64,000 nt of DNA from Chloroflexota bacterium. Its GTDB lineage: Bacteria; Chloroflexota; UBA11872; VXOZ01. Made by a program: the position numbers and the translations under genes. Below are positions 29,355-38,019 of this stretch, piece after piece. The stretch covers positions 1,120,001-1,184,000 of the forward strand of contig OZ244922.1 of NCBI GenBank assembly GCA_965221905.1, written 5' to 3'. Below the pieces are notes generated by a model. That model ran no database searches. It was given only the letters and a program-made list of their open reading frames with translations, and was not told the DNA's origin. Positions within the stretch are counted from its first letter, which is position 1. Each line of letters begins with the position of its first letter.

Positions 29355-30749
29355 ATGCGCGCAGATATAACACGTCGCACTTTTTTGGGTGGCAGCGCGG
29401 CGGCCGGTACCGGCTTGCTGCTAGCGGCCTGCGGGCAGATAGCGCCTGCGCCCGCCGGCGATGCGCCTTCATCTAGTGACGCGCCTAAAGAAGAGAAAAC
29501 TACCGAGGCACCGGCACCTGCCGAGCAGAAGCTGGTCAAATATTTGCACGTCACTACGAATCAAGCGGTGTGGGAGGAGTCGTTCGGCGCGTTCTTCGAG
29601 GCCTTCGGAGAGCGGTATCCGGAATACGACCTGCAGGTCGACCCGACGGTCTGCTGCTTCTCGGAGACCATCGATAAGGCCTTAGCGTCGTTTGCCGGCG
29701 GCATTTCCTACGACGTCTACTACGGCCACTTTTCCTACATCAGCCAGTTCGCGACGGCGGAGATGATCCAGTCTCTGGAGCCGTTCTTGTCGGCAGACCC
29801 CGAGGTCAGCAAGGACGACTACCACGTCTGGGCTACGGAGCGCATCCAGGGCCAGGTGTACAGTATTGCTTGGGTCACCAACGGCAAAGAGTATTGGTAC
29901 AACGCCGATCTCTACGCCGAGGCGGGCCTCAAGACGCCCAAGGAGCATGAAGCCGAGGGCACGTGGACCTGGGAGACTGCTTTGGAAGGCGCGAAGAAGC
30001 TGACGAAGACAGAGGGCAAGAACATCACACAGTGGGGATTCTGGACGCCCTCCTACTCATTCGGCTGGCACTGGATCCACCTGATGGCGTATGGCGCAAC
30101 GTGGTGGAACGATGACTTTTCCGCGCCTGCCATGCTCACACAGGAGTTCGCCGAAGGCACGCAATTTGCCGCGGACTTGGTGACCAAGCACCGCGTCATG
30201 CGTAGTCGCAGCAACCCGAGTGAGGACGACGTGGCGGCCGACTTTAACACGCAACTGTTGGCGGCCCGCACCTGGGGTTCGTATGGCACGCGTACGATCC
30301 AAGAGCAGATCATGTCCCAGGATGAGCCGTTCACGGTGGAGATGGAAATGCTGCCGAATGGCCCTGCCGGTCGCCAGATCGTGCAGTCCATCAACGCGAA
30401 CTGGATTTCCAGCTCTTCTGAGAATCCTGACGGCGCCTGGGACTTCTACAAGTTCTGGCTGGGCCAGGAAGGCCAGAACTTCTTCGCGCCGCTGGGCGCC
30501 GGACGCTATGTATCGAACAAGAACTTCCAGGGCTTCACGGTCTACGACTACGAAGACCCCGCAGTATACGCGCGCTCTGCCGAGATTAGCGTGGAGCAGC
30601 GCCAGGTGGTGAAGCAGTCTGACGTCAACGCTGCGTGGTCCGAAAACTGGGAAGCCTTGGAGCAAGAGACCAAGACGGTCCAAGAGGTCCAGGAAGAGAT
30701 GCAGCAGGTTGCCGAGAACGCCCTCCGCGAGGGTGGCTGCCTCTGCTAA
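29355..30749 (+). CDS. ABC solute-binding lipoprotein, paralog 2 (ends EGGCLC)
   Basis: Tandem duplicate of 27614-29002, near-identical after ~residue 110; GAGGAG RBS. Confidence 0.9.
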   Translation: MRADITRRTFLGGSAAAGTGLLLAACGQIAPAPAGDAPSSSDAPKEEKTTEAPAPAEQKLVKYLHVTTNQAVWEESFGAFFEAFGERYPEYDLQVDPTVCCFSETIDKALASFAGGISYDVYYGHFSYISQFATAEMIQSLEPFLSADPEVSKDDYHVWATERIQGQVYSIAWVTNGKEYWYNADLYAEAGLKTPKEHEAEGTWTWETALEGAKKLTKTEGKNITQWGFWTPSYSFGWHWIHLMAYGATWWNDDFSAPAMLTQEFAEGTQFAADLVTKHRVMRSRSNPSEDDVAADFNTQLLAARTWGSYGTRTIQEQIMSQDEPFTVEMEMLPNGPAGRQIVQSINANWISSSSENPDGAWDFYKFWLGQEGQNFFAPLGAGRYVSNKNFQGFTVYDYEDPAVYARSAEISVEQRQVVKQSDVNAAWSENWEALEQETKTVQEVQEEMQQVAENALREGGCLC

Positions 30750-30803
30750 CCTAAGACCTTGCCGGCTCCGGTCGGCGGCTAAGATGGTTGCAGAATAGCC
30801 AAT

Positions 30804-30831
30804 GTAGGGGCACGACATGTCGTGCCCCTAC
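30804..30831. repeat. GTAG-family REP, perfect 28-bp palindrome
   Basis: Identical to 29091-29118. Confidence 0.92.
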
Positions 30832-30912
30832 GCAGTAGTATGGACATTACACGAGAGCGGTGGCGGATTGAGCGGAAGCTTTCTTAGTTTGCATAAGTAG
30901 TGCAGAGGGAGG

Positions 30913-31737
30913 ATGACTGTGGCAACCGAAACGACGGTAGCGTTACGCGTGTTGGGCACGCATTGGTCAACGCCAAGTCTACACGATGCCGGTTGGGTTG
31001 AGGAGGCATTCGATCTCAACCCGGCAGAGACGGGCTTCGTAGCGCTGCATCTATGGAACATGGGCGACGTGAGTGGTCCCGCTGTGCCGGACGGCTATTT
31101 CGTGGACATGGGTACACTGGAGGGCCAAGGAGAGTCGGTACGGATTGCCGACAATTTCATACGCCCGGCCATTGCTGCGGCCCGCGCCGCAGGCATGCAG
31201 ATCTTCCACGTGGAACCGGGGAACATCGCCATGAAGTACGACTCGGTCAACTACATGTTGGAAGAAGAAGATTCGAACCCGCCGCCAGGCCCGGCTCGCC
31301 CACCGGAAGCCAATCCGGGTTGGAACTTGGAGCGGGCAGATCGCTCGCACGGCGCGGGCTACCGTGACTGGGAGGGCTGGCAGCAGATGCGCATCATTCA
31401 GTCGTGCGATGCCGAGCCCGGCGACCAGGTGATCCTCACCAGTGCGCAGTTTGATCGCATTTGCCGCAGCAAGGGCATCAAGAATCTCATCTACACGGGC
31501 TTTGCGACCAACATGTGCATCTTAGGCTCCGCCGGCGCTACGCAACCCATGCTTGGCTATGGCTACAGAGTCTTTCTCATCCGCGAGGCGACGCTGGCAG
31601 TGGAGTACCCGGATACCTTTCCCGAGCGGCTCATGACCCGCTCAGCGCTCAAGTATTTCCAGCAGGCAGTTGGCGATACGGTCGCGTACGATCAATTCAT
31701 CGAGGCGTGCCAAGCGGTCGCGGCAGCCCGTCGGTAG
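30913..31737 (+). CDS. Isochorismatase/cysteine-hydrolase family protein (atypical)
   Basis: LNPAETGFV, AARAAGMQIFHV, GIKNLIYTGFATNMC, GYRVFLIREAT. Confidence 0.8.
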   Translation: MTVATETTVALRVLGTHWSTPSLHDAGWVEEAFDLNPAETGFVALHLWNMGDVSGPAVPDGYFVDMGTLEGQGESVRIADNFIRPAIAAARAAGMQIFHVEPGNIAMKYDSVNYMLEEEDSNPPPGPARPPEANPGWNLERADRSHGAGYRDWEGWQQMRIIQSCDAEPGDQVILTSAQFDRICRSKGIKNLIYTGFATNMCILGSAGATQPMLGYGYRVFLIREATLAVEYPDTFPERLMTRSALKYFQQAVGDTVAYDQFIEACQAVAAARR

Positions 31738-32028
31738 ACTCTTGCCGCGGCGGGCCGCACTGACAGGCACGCTTGCGATAGTGGGATTCCTTGTGGGGGC
31801 GCTAACGGACTCACGCGAACCGCATACTAGGGTTTCAGCAGAACGCGGGAGCCGAAGCATAGTAAGACTTGACGCAGTCTGGCGCACAGTGGGCACGCTG
31901 CGCGCATCTCTCTCGGTGCTTGGTTGCTCCGGCCTTAAGCTTCGTACCGGGGCGATGACGACTGCGCCGAACGGTGCCCATGGCTTCGTCAGCCGTGCAA
32001 TTGGATGTAAAGACACAGGAGAGCAATC

Positions 32029-32946
32029 ATGTATCCGAACGGCGCAAAGTTCTGCTTGAGCCTGACCTACGACGTGGAGATGTGCACCAACTTCCCGTAC
32101 TGGACCTCGGTGTGGGACCATCGCAAGGGCGCGATAGATGCGGATAGCAAGCAGTACATCCTCAAGCTAAACGCAGTGGCGGAGAAATACGGCGTTAAGC
32201 TGCATTACTTTATAGTGGGCAGCGCGCTGGAGGACCCCGACCTCGACTACTTGAAAGCAACTGTGGATGCCGGGCACGCGCTCGGCAATCACACCTACAC
32301 CCACGTCAACGTACGGGCCCAGGACATTCCGCAGCTTCAGGTGACCTACGCGGCTGCGCCGTGGCGCGCGCACGGACGCTCTGCGCTGACGTGCATCCGC
32401 GACGAACTGCAGCAAACCAGCAGCGCCATGCGGGAGACGCTAGGTGTGGACCCGGTGGGCTTTCGCACGCCCGGCGGGTTTGTAAACGGCCTGGACGACA
32501 TGCCTGCGGTGCAAGACCTGTTGAAAGATGAGGGGTTTGGCTACGTCAACTCGCACTACCGCTTTCCGGTTGATCCGACTCGCAAGCGGCCGCCGCGTGA
32601 GCGACTGGAATCAGCCATGCGCGAGAGTATCGACAGCTTGCAGCCGTACCGCTATGCCAACGGTCTGCCGGAAATCCCGCTCCCGGGAATTACCGATATT
32701 TGGGGATTCCGGAACCTTGATCTGGATCGCTGGGAGTTCATTAACCTGCTCAAGACCGGCATCGACCACGCCCACGACAACGGGCAGGTGTTGACGATGG
32801 CATTCCATCCACCGTGTCTGGTTGCCAGAGACCCGCATTGCGACATGCTGGAAACGGTCTTATCCTACGCGCAGCAAAAGCCCGGCGGGTGCTGGTTCGC
32901 GACGAACGATGAGATAAACGACTACGTGGTGCCGAATATCGCGTAG
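32029..32946 (+). CDS. Polysaccharide deacetylase (CE4/NodB) family protein
   Basis: LSLTYDVE, GHALGNHTYTH, GFRTPGG, LTMAFHP. Confidence 0.88.
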   Translation: MYPNGAKFCLSLTYDVEMCTNFPYWTSVWDHRKGAIDADSKQYILKLNAVAEKYGVKLHYFIVGSALEDPDLDYLKATVDAGHALGNHTYTHVNVRAQDIPQLQVTYAAAPWRAHGRSALTCIRDELQQTSSAMRETLGVDPVGFRTPGGFVNGLDDMPAVQDLLKDEGFGYVNSHYRFPVDPTRKRPPRERLESAMRESIDSLQPYRYANGLPEIPLPGITDIWGFRNLDLDRWEFINLLKTGIDHAHDNGQVLTMAFHPPCLVARDPHCDMLETVLSYAQQKPGGCWFATNDEINDYVVPNIA

Positions 32947-33156
32947 TCATCACGGCGCAAGGGGGCCCATTGCAGCCGTCATTCGGCGTATCAGTATTGA
33001 TGATACAGTAGAGTGAGGGTTTGTCCCCGCAATGAGCCTTTGGAAACAATCGTGAAAGGCAGCGAAGAGTCCTATTCCTAAACGGAGGGGTTTGCGTGAG
33101 GAGGAGTCCCTTTTCCGAGGGAAAGGGCGACGCCCTTCTACCGGAAGCGCAAAGGT

Positions 33157-33184
33157 GTAGGGGCACGACATGTCGTGCCCCTAC
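33157..33184. repeat. GTAG-family REP, perfect 28-bp palindrome
   Basis: Identical to 29091-29118. Confidence 0.92.
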
Positions 33185-33274
33185 TAGGGTGCAGGCCCGG
33201 CGGGAGGGTGAACTCCATGCAATGTTGCCTAAACGGGAAATCCAAAAATACGAGCACTTTAAGGAGGAAACCTC

Positions 33275-34483
33275 GTGAAACGGACGATTGAGGAATTGGG
33301 CGTAACCTTTGACACGGAATTCGAGGCGGCCGCGGCTGAAGACGTGTCCTTGGACGAAGACGGCACCGCACATCTCTACACGCGCGTTGATCCCAAGCCC
33401 ACGGGCTTCGATGAGCACTTCAAAGGCGTGCCCACGCAGTACCGCTACAGCGTGCGTATTACGGCGCATCGGGATACTCCCGCGCTGCGCATCCACGTCC
33501 ACACGAGTAGAGAGTTGGGCGGTTGGTACATTCAATTCGGCGGCTTCGTCAAGCGTGGCGGAGAATGGGCGCCGATACCGTTGGAGCATGCCACCAACGT
33601 GCCGGAGACCAGCGACGTGCTCGTCACGCTCTCGTTGCGGGAAGGAGAATCCGTGCTGCTCGGCAGCATGCCGTTCATTGCACCCTCGGAGTTGGAGACG
33701 CAAATCGCGGCTTTGGAGAGAACCGAGAGTCATAACTGGTCGACTCGGGTCTTGGGAGAAACGGCGAAAGGACGGAAGATCTGGGCTCTTGAAACCGCGC
33801 CGCGGGCCAAGCGCATCGTGATGGCGGGCACGTCTCAGGGGGCGGAACCGGTGGCGGAACGGTTGGTGGAGCTGGCGCGGCGGCTCACGGTTGATCTGAC
33901 GGATTCCCGCTGGCTCCTCGATAACTACCAGGTCTGCCTGGTGCCGATGATCAATCCCGACGGCGCGGCGGAGGGGCATAGCCTCCTCAACGGCAATGGC
34001 GAGGTGGTTGCCGGCGGCTACAAGGCGGCGGTGAGCGGCGAACCGTGTCCGGTCGAGAGTAAGGCCTTGGCGGACTACGTCGGGCTCGCGCCCACGCAGG
34101 CCTATCTGGAATTCCACGCCCACTATCGCACGATCCCGCCGGGGGAAGAAGACCACCTGGGGGTGCGCAAGCAGCACTTGCTCAATCCCGGCATGGCGGA
34201 TATCTACCCGCCTGAAACGGACCCCGATTACGTCGAGCGTTTCAATGCGGTCATGCGCCAGCGGCTCGGCACGCACAACGACCACCGACCCATCGGCACA
34301 TGGTGGAAACCGGCAGCGTTCTTTACGACCAACCTCGCGCGGCTCCACCCCAACTGCATGTTCTACGCCGTGCAGTCGTGGAACTACGATCTTCAATCCA
34401 CTACAGCCTGGGCGGAGCGCTACCTCTACGCCGCGGCAGAAGGAATCGCCACCGCCAGCGGCGAGCCCTCGTGGCGGGACTGA
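33275..34483 (+). CDS. M14 zinc-carboxypeptidase-like protein (degenerate Zn site)
   Basis: LGETAKGRKI, VPMINPDG, PVESKAL, LEFH; the HxxE position reads QGAE; AAGGAGG RBS before GTG. Confidence 0.75.
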   Translation: MKRTIEELGVTFDTEFEAAAAEDVSLDEDGTAHLYTRVDPKPTGFDEHFKGVPTQYRYSVRITAHRDTPALRIHVHTSRELGGWYIQFGGFVKRGGEWAPIPLEHATNVPETSDVLVTLSLREGESVLLGSMPFIAPSELETQIAALERTESHNWSTRVLGETAKGRKIWALETAPRAKRIVMAGTSQGAEPVAERLVELARRLTVDLTDSRWLLDNYQVCLVPMINPDGAAEGHSLLNGNGEVVAGGYKAAVSGEPCPVESKALADYVGLAPTQAYLEFHAHYRTIPPGEEDHLGVRKQHLLNPGMADIYPPETDPDYVERFNAVMRQRLGTHNDHRPIGTWWKPAAFFTTNLARLHPNCMFYAVQSWNYDLQSTTAWAERYLYAAAEGIATASGEPSWRD

Positions 34484-34605
34484 AACCGAATTGCTGGCTC
34501 TCCCATCAAAGCAACCAGGAGTGGAGCAATGGTGGGTAGGGCAAATGGCGGCACAGATTATCCGTGTTGCTGTTGTGCACGAAGCTAGGGCGGATCAGGA
34601 GGCAG

Positions 34606-35763
34606 TCACCGAGTAGCTTCCATCGCCAGCGATTTCACTAGGTCGTAGTGACTATCGGTTATGCCGCCGCGCAGTTCCGGATGAGCAAGCAGCTCTGGAA
34701 GAGCATTTACATTGGACACTAGCACCTCAAAGAGAGTAGCCAGTATCCCACTGTCTCTGAAAGTTATGGAATCGAGGAAGGGCATTCCCACGAGTTGCAA
34801 CGCTAAGTACGCGTCATTTTGGCTTATTTGGCTGAGTCGTACAATCGACTGAGTCTCCCATCTTTCCAATTCGTCTTGAAGCCAGGGCTTGCCTACCAAA
34901 GCCAACGCCGCGTCCTGAGTTTCCTCAGCAATTGTCGCCAAAGATATTACTACCCACTCCTCCTGAGTCTTTGGGTCTGCTCGGTCAACAGACTGATAGT
35001 TGAAGGGAGCCCTGCCAACTCCGTCTTGCACCCACGGCAAGGACTGTATCGCTGCCGCTGCTTCCGCGCGTGTTTCTCCTAGCACGAGCAACACAAAGGT
35101 TGCGACATGGTCGTCCGTAATGCCGCCATCTAGCTCAGAGTGAGATAGGATTCGGTGCAGGGCGGCTAGGTCTGACCTCGCCAGATCGATCGCATAACGG
35201 ATCACAATAAAATCAGACCCTTGGCCGCGGGTGCGCATGAACGGCATCCGCATGAGTTGCAGAGTGACTTCCTTATTAAGTCGGGCTAAGTTCAGAACCA
35301 TCCGGACCTCGATACTGCTTAGCGATTTGTCTCCGGCTCGTTCCAAAAAGGCCAGGAAAACAGGCGATGATATCTGCCCGATTTGGCGCAAGTCTTCGAC
35401 AGGGGTCGGATCTCTGGGGTTGTGCGGGAGCGCCGCAATCATGTTTTCCACCTCCCAGTCGAAGCGCTCGGTGTTTAGGCGTTGCTCTAGTCCGTTCGGG
35501 CCGTTGATCCAGGTGCGGTAGCCGTCGGTGAAGGCGGTCCAGTTGTCGGCTTTGCGCCAGACCAGCAGGCCGCCGGTGGTCTGCTGCAAGCTGTCGCCGT
35601 TGGCTTCGTAGTGCTCGATTTCCAAGCACTCGCCGACGATCTCATGGCCGATGAGATCGCGCAGAGTCTGGAAGCCGAGAACGAACCGGCACTCCGCCGC
35701 CGAGACAGGAGTGGGCATGAGCAGGAATAGAGCGAAGCCGAGCAGTGCTACGAGTCTCTTCAC
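34606..35763 (-). CDS. Secreted hypothetical protein: conserved N-terminal module plus two helical repeats
   Basis: Signal peptide ending VSA-A; module CRFVLGF..VGECLE..GLLVWRKADNWTAFTDGYRTW; repeats MPF...H(S/P)EL.GGITD.H twice. Confidence 0.75.
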   Translation of the reverse strand: MKRLVALLGFALFLLMPTPVSAAECRFVLGFQTLRDLIGHEIVGECLEIEHYEANGDSLQQTTGGLLVWRKADNWTAFTDGYRTWINGPNGLEQRLNTERFDWEVENMIAALPHNPRDPTPVEDLRQIGQISSPVFLAFLERAGDKSLSSIEVRMVLNLARLNKEVTLQLMRMPFMRTRGQGSDFIVIRYAIDLARSDLAALHRILSHSELDGGITDDHVATFVLLVLGETRAEAAAAIQSLPWVQDGVGRAPFNYQSVDRADPKTQEEWVVISLATIAEETQDAALALVGKPWLQDELERWETQSIVRLSQISQNDAYLALQLVGMPFLDSITFRDSGILATLFEVLVSNVNALPELLAHPELRGGITDSHYDLVKSLAMEATR

Positions 35764-36177
35764 GGGTGCCCCTTTTGTACTTTCCCAATAAGGAAGTTAT
35801 TTACTTCTGTGGCTTGTACAGTATACATGCGCAAGATTTTAAACTGTGTTAACGCAATTGACTATTTTGGCAATACTGAACGACCCCTCGCACAGTTGGC
35901 ATGAGCCACAGTATCCCCATCGAGTCTGCGTCGGCTTGCGTATGGTCTACACGCTGGTATACTACTTTCAGCGACATACCCAATTGATCGGGCAACGAAC
36001 GGTGCGTTGATGGCGTTTGGTGCTAAGGCGTGTATTGAAGGAGAAGAGAAAGGAGAGTAGCCAGTCCCATTAGTGTGAAGTGGCAGCGTACGCACGTGCC
36101 CGTGAGCGCACCATCTACGCGGTGTGCATACTATTAACGGTGATGACTCTAGTTTGATGTACCCGGAGGAAGAGAAC

Positions 36178-37569
36178 GTGAAAGCGACAGTAACTCGACG
36201 AACTTTACTTGGCGGCAGCTTGGTGGCCGGAGCGGGCATGCTCATGGCCGCATGTGGGCAGGCCATGCCTGCGGCTATGCCGGAAGAGGGAGCAGCACCG
36301 GCGAAGGAAGAGGCCAAGCCGGCAGAGGAAACCAAGGTCATGGAGCCGAAGACGGTGCGCTATCTCCACTACACCACCACGCAGGCGGTGTGGGAGGACA
36401 ACTTCGGCCAGATTTTTGATAATTATCGGGCCAAGTTTCCCGAGGCTATCCTTGAGGTGGACCCGGTGACCGGCGGCTTTGCAGTGCTTATTGAGAAAGC
36501 CGTGAGCTCGTTTGCGGGCAACGTACCGATCGACATGTACTACGGCCACTTCTCCTACATCAGCCAGTTTGCCCAGAATGAGATGATCCAGCCGCTGGAT
36601 CCGTTCATTGCAAAAGACGCCGACGTGGCGCGGGACGATTTCTACGATCACGCGCTGGAGAAGATTGCCGGCCAGATTTATGGAATTGCCTGGTTCAACC
36701 AAGGCAAGGAGTTTTGGTACAACGCGGACCAGGTGACCGAGGCCGGTCTAACCTCGCCGAGCGAACTGGTGGCGGAGGGCAAGTGGACGTGGGACGCCGC
36801 ACTTGAGTTTGCGCAGAAGCTCACCAAGAAGGAAGGCCCGAATACGACGCGCTGGGGCTTCTACTATGCTTACTATTCCACCGGCTGGTTTGGGCATCAC
36901 CTACGCGCCTGGGGCGCTGACTGGTGGAACGCCGACATTAGTGCGCCGACGATGAATACTCCGGAATTCGCGGCTGCGGTGCAGGCCGCGCAGGACTTGG
37001 TCACTAAGCACGAGGTCTCGCCTCGTCGCAGCGCGCCGCGTGAGAACGATGCCAAGGCGTCCTTCGAAGAGGAGACCCTCTCCGCGCGCTTGGCGAGCGG
37101 CGCGAATACACGCAGCTTCCAAGCGACGATCATGACCAAGGACAAGCCCTTCAACATCGGGCACACCCTGCTGCCCGAGGGGCCGGGCGGGCGCAATACG
37201 ATCCAGGCGATCAATGCGAACTACATTAGTTCGTCGTCGCCGGAACCCGATCTGGCCTGGGAACTCTATAAAATTCTCATTGGGCCGGAGTCCGACCAGC
37301 AGATTGCCCGGCTCGGCGGCCGCCGCTACACGGCAAGCCGCAAGCAGAGCCCGGTGACCCTGTGGCCCTACGAGAATGCCGACGTATACGCCCAGATGGC
37401 GGAACTGAGCGAGCCGGCCAAGCAGATTGTGAAGCAATCTGAAGTCAGTGGGGCCTGGGGCGCGGGCTGGAACGACATGGAGGACGGCGCGCGCACCGTC
37501 CAAGAGGTACAGGACGAGTTGCAGCAAGTGGCTACGATTGCCCTGGAAGAGGGTGGCTGCATCTGCTAG
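36178..37569 (+). CDS. ABC solute-binding lipoprotein, paralog 3 (ends EGGCIC)
   Basis: TRRTLL + LMAAC; colinear with paralogs 1 and 2; GGAGG RBS before GTG 36178. Confidence 0.9.
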   Translation: MKATVTRRTLLGGSLVAGAGMLMAACGQAMPAAMPEEGAAPAKEEAKPAEETKVMEPKTVRYLHYTTTQAVWEDNFGQIFDNYRAKFPEAILEVDPVTGGFAVLIEKAVSSFAGNVPIDMYYGHFSYISQFAQNEMIQPLDPFIAKDADVARDDFYDHALEKIAGQIYGIAWFNQGKEFWYNADQVTEAGLTSPSELVAEGKWTWDAALEFAQKLTKKEGPNTTRWGFYYAYYSTGWFGHHLRAWGADWWNADISAPTMNTPEFAAAVQAAQDLVTKHEVSPRRSAPRENDAKASFEEETLSARLASGANTRSFQATIMTKDKPFNIGHTLLPEGPGGRNTIQAINANYISSSSPEPDLAWELYKILIGPESDQQIARLGGRRYTASRKQSPVTLWPYENADVYAQMAELSEPAKQIVKQSEVSGAWGAGWNDMEDGARTVQEVQDELQQVATIALEEGGCIC

Positions 37570-37600
37570 GGTGCGATTTGCGCTCTAGACCACTGTCAGG

Positions 37601-37792
37601 AAGAGAGGGGCACGGTTATCCGTGTCCCTCTTTGTTTGTAAGTTGATGGGCGCAGGCTGCAAACCTGCGCTACCCATTGACGGGGCTATGCTTTGCAAGG
37701 TACCCTTCCCCTGTTTGCCTTGTGGACACGCTAGAATACGCCCCCTTGGAGCGATAATTGAACTGTAGGGGCACGACATGTCGTGCCCCTAC
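37601..37792. repeat. Cluster of hairpins/REPs after SBP paralog 3
   Basis: Hairpin 37601-37633, GCGCAGG-CTGCAAA-CCTGCGCTAC at ~37650-37673, perfect GTAG palindrome at 37765-37792. Confidence 0.85.
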
Positions 37793-38019
37793 CCTTGTGA
37801 AAGGGCTAGAGATCGGACCAAGACTCGTCACGTTGTGGCGGTGACAGCGAGGGACCCGCCCCCGCGTTCCATGGCTCGGCTGAATGCTTCCATGCGCCGG
37901 AGCCACGCGTGCGGTACTATCTCATTCATGGATAGCTGCCGTGAAAAGGCGCTTCTCAATTTAAACGGGTAGAATTGCGTTCAGGAACTCCCGATATAAG
38001 GAAAGGATAGCGGAGCCCG

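Noticed and set aside
27614-30749. Diversity-generating retroelement template/variable repeat pair
   Set aside because: No reverse transcriptase in the window, differences are not adenine-specific, and both copies are full genes.
28985-37569. Stop-codon readthrough (Sec/Pyl) after the CxC tails
   Set aside because: Stops are TAG, TAA and TAG, and the downstream sequence is not conserved between paralogs.
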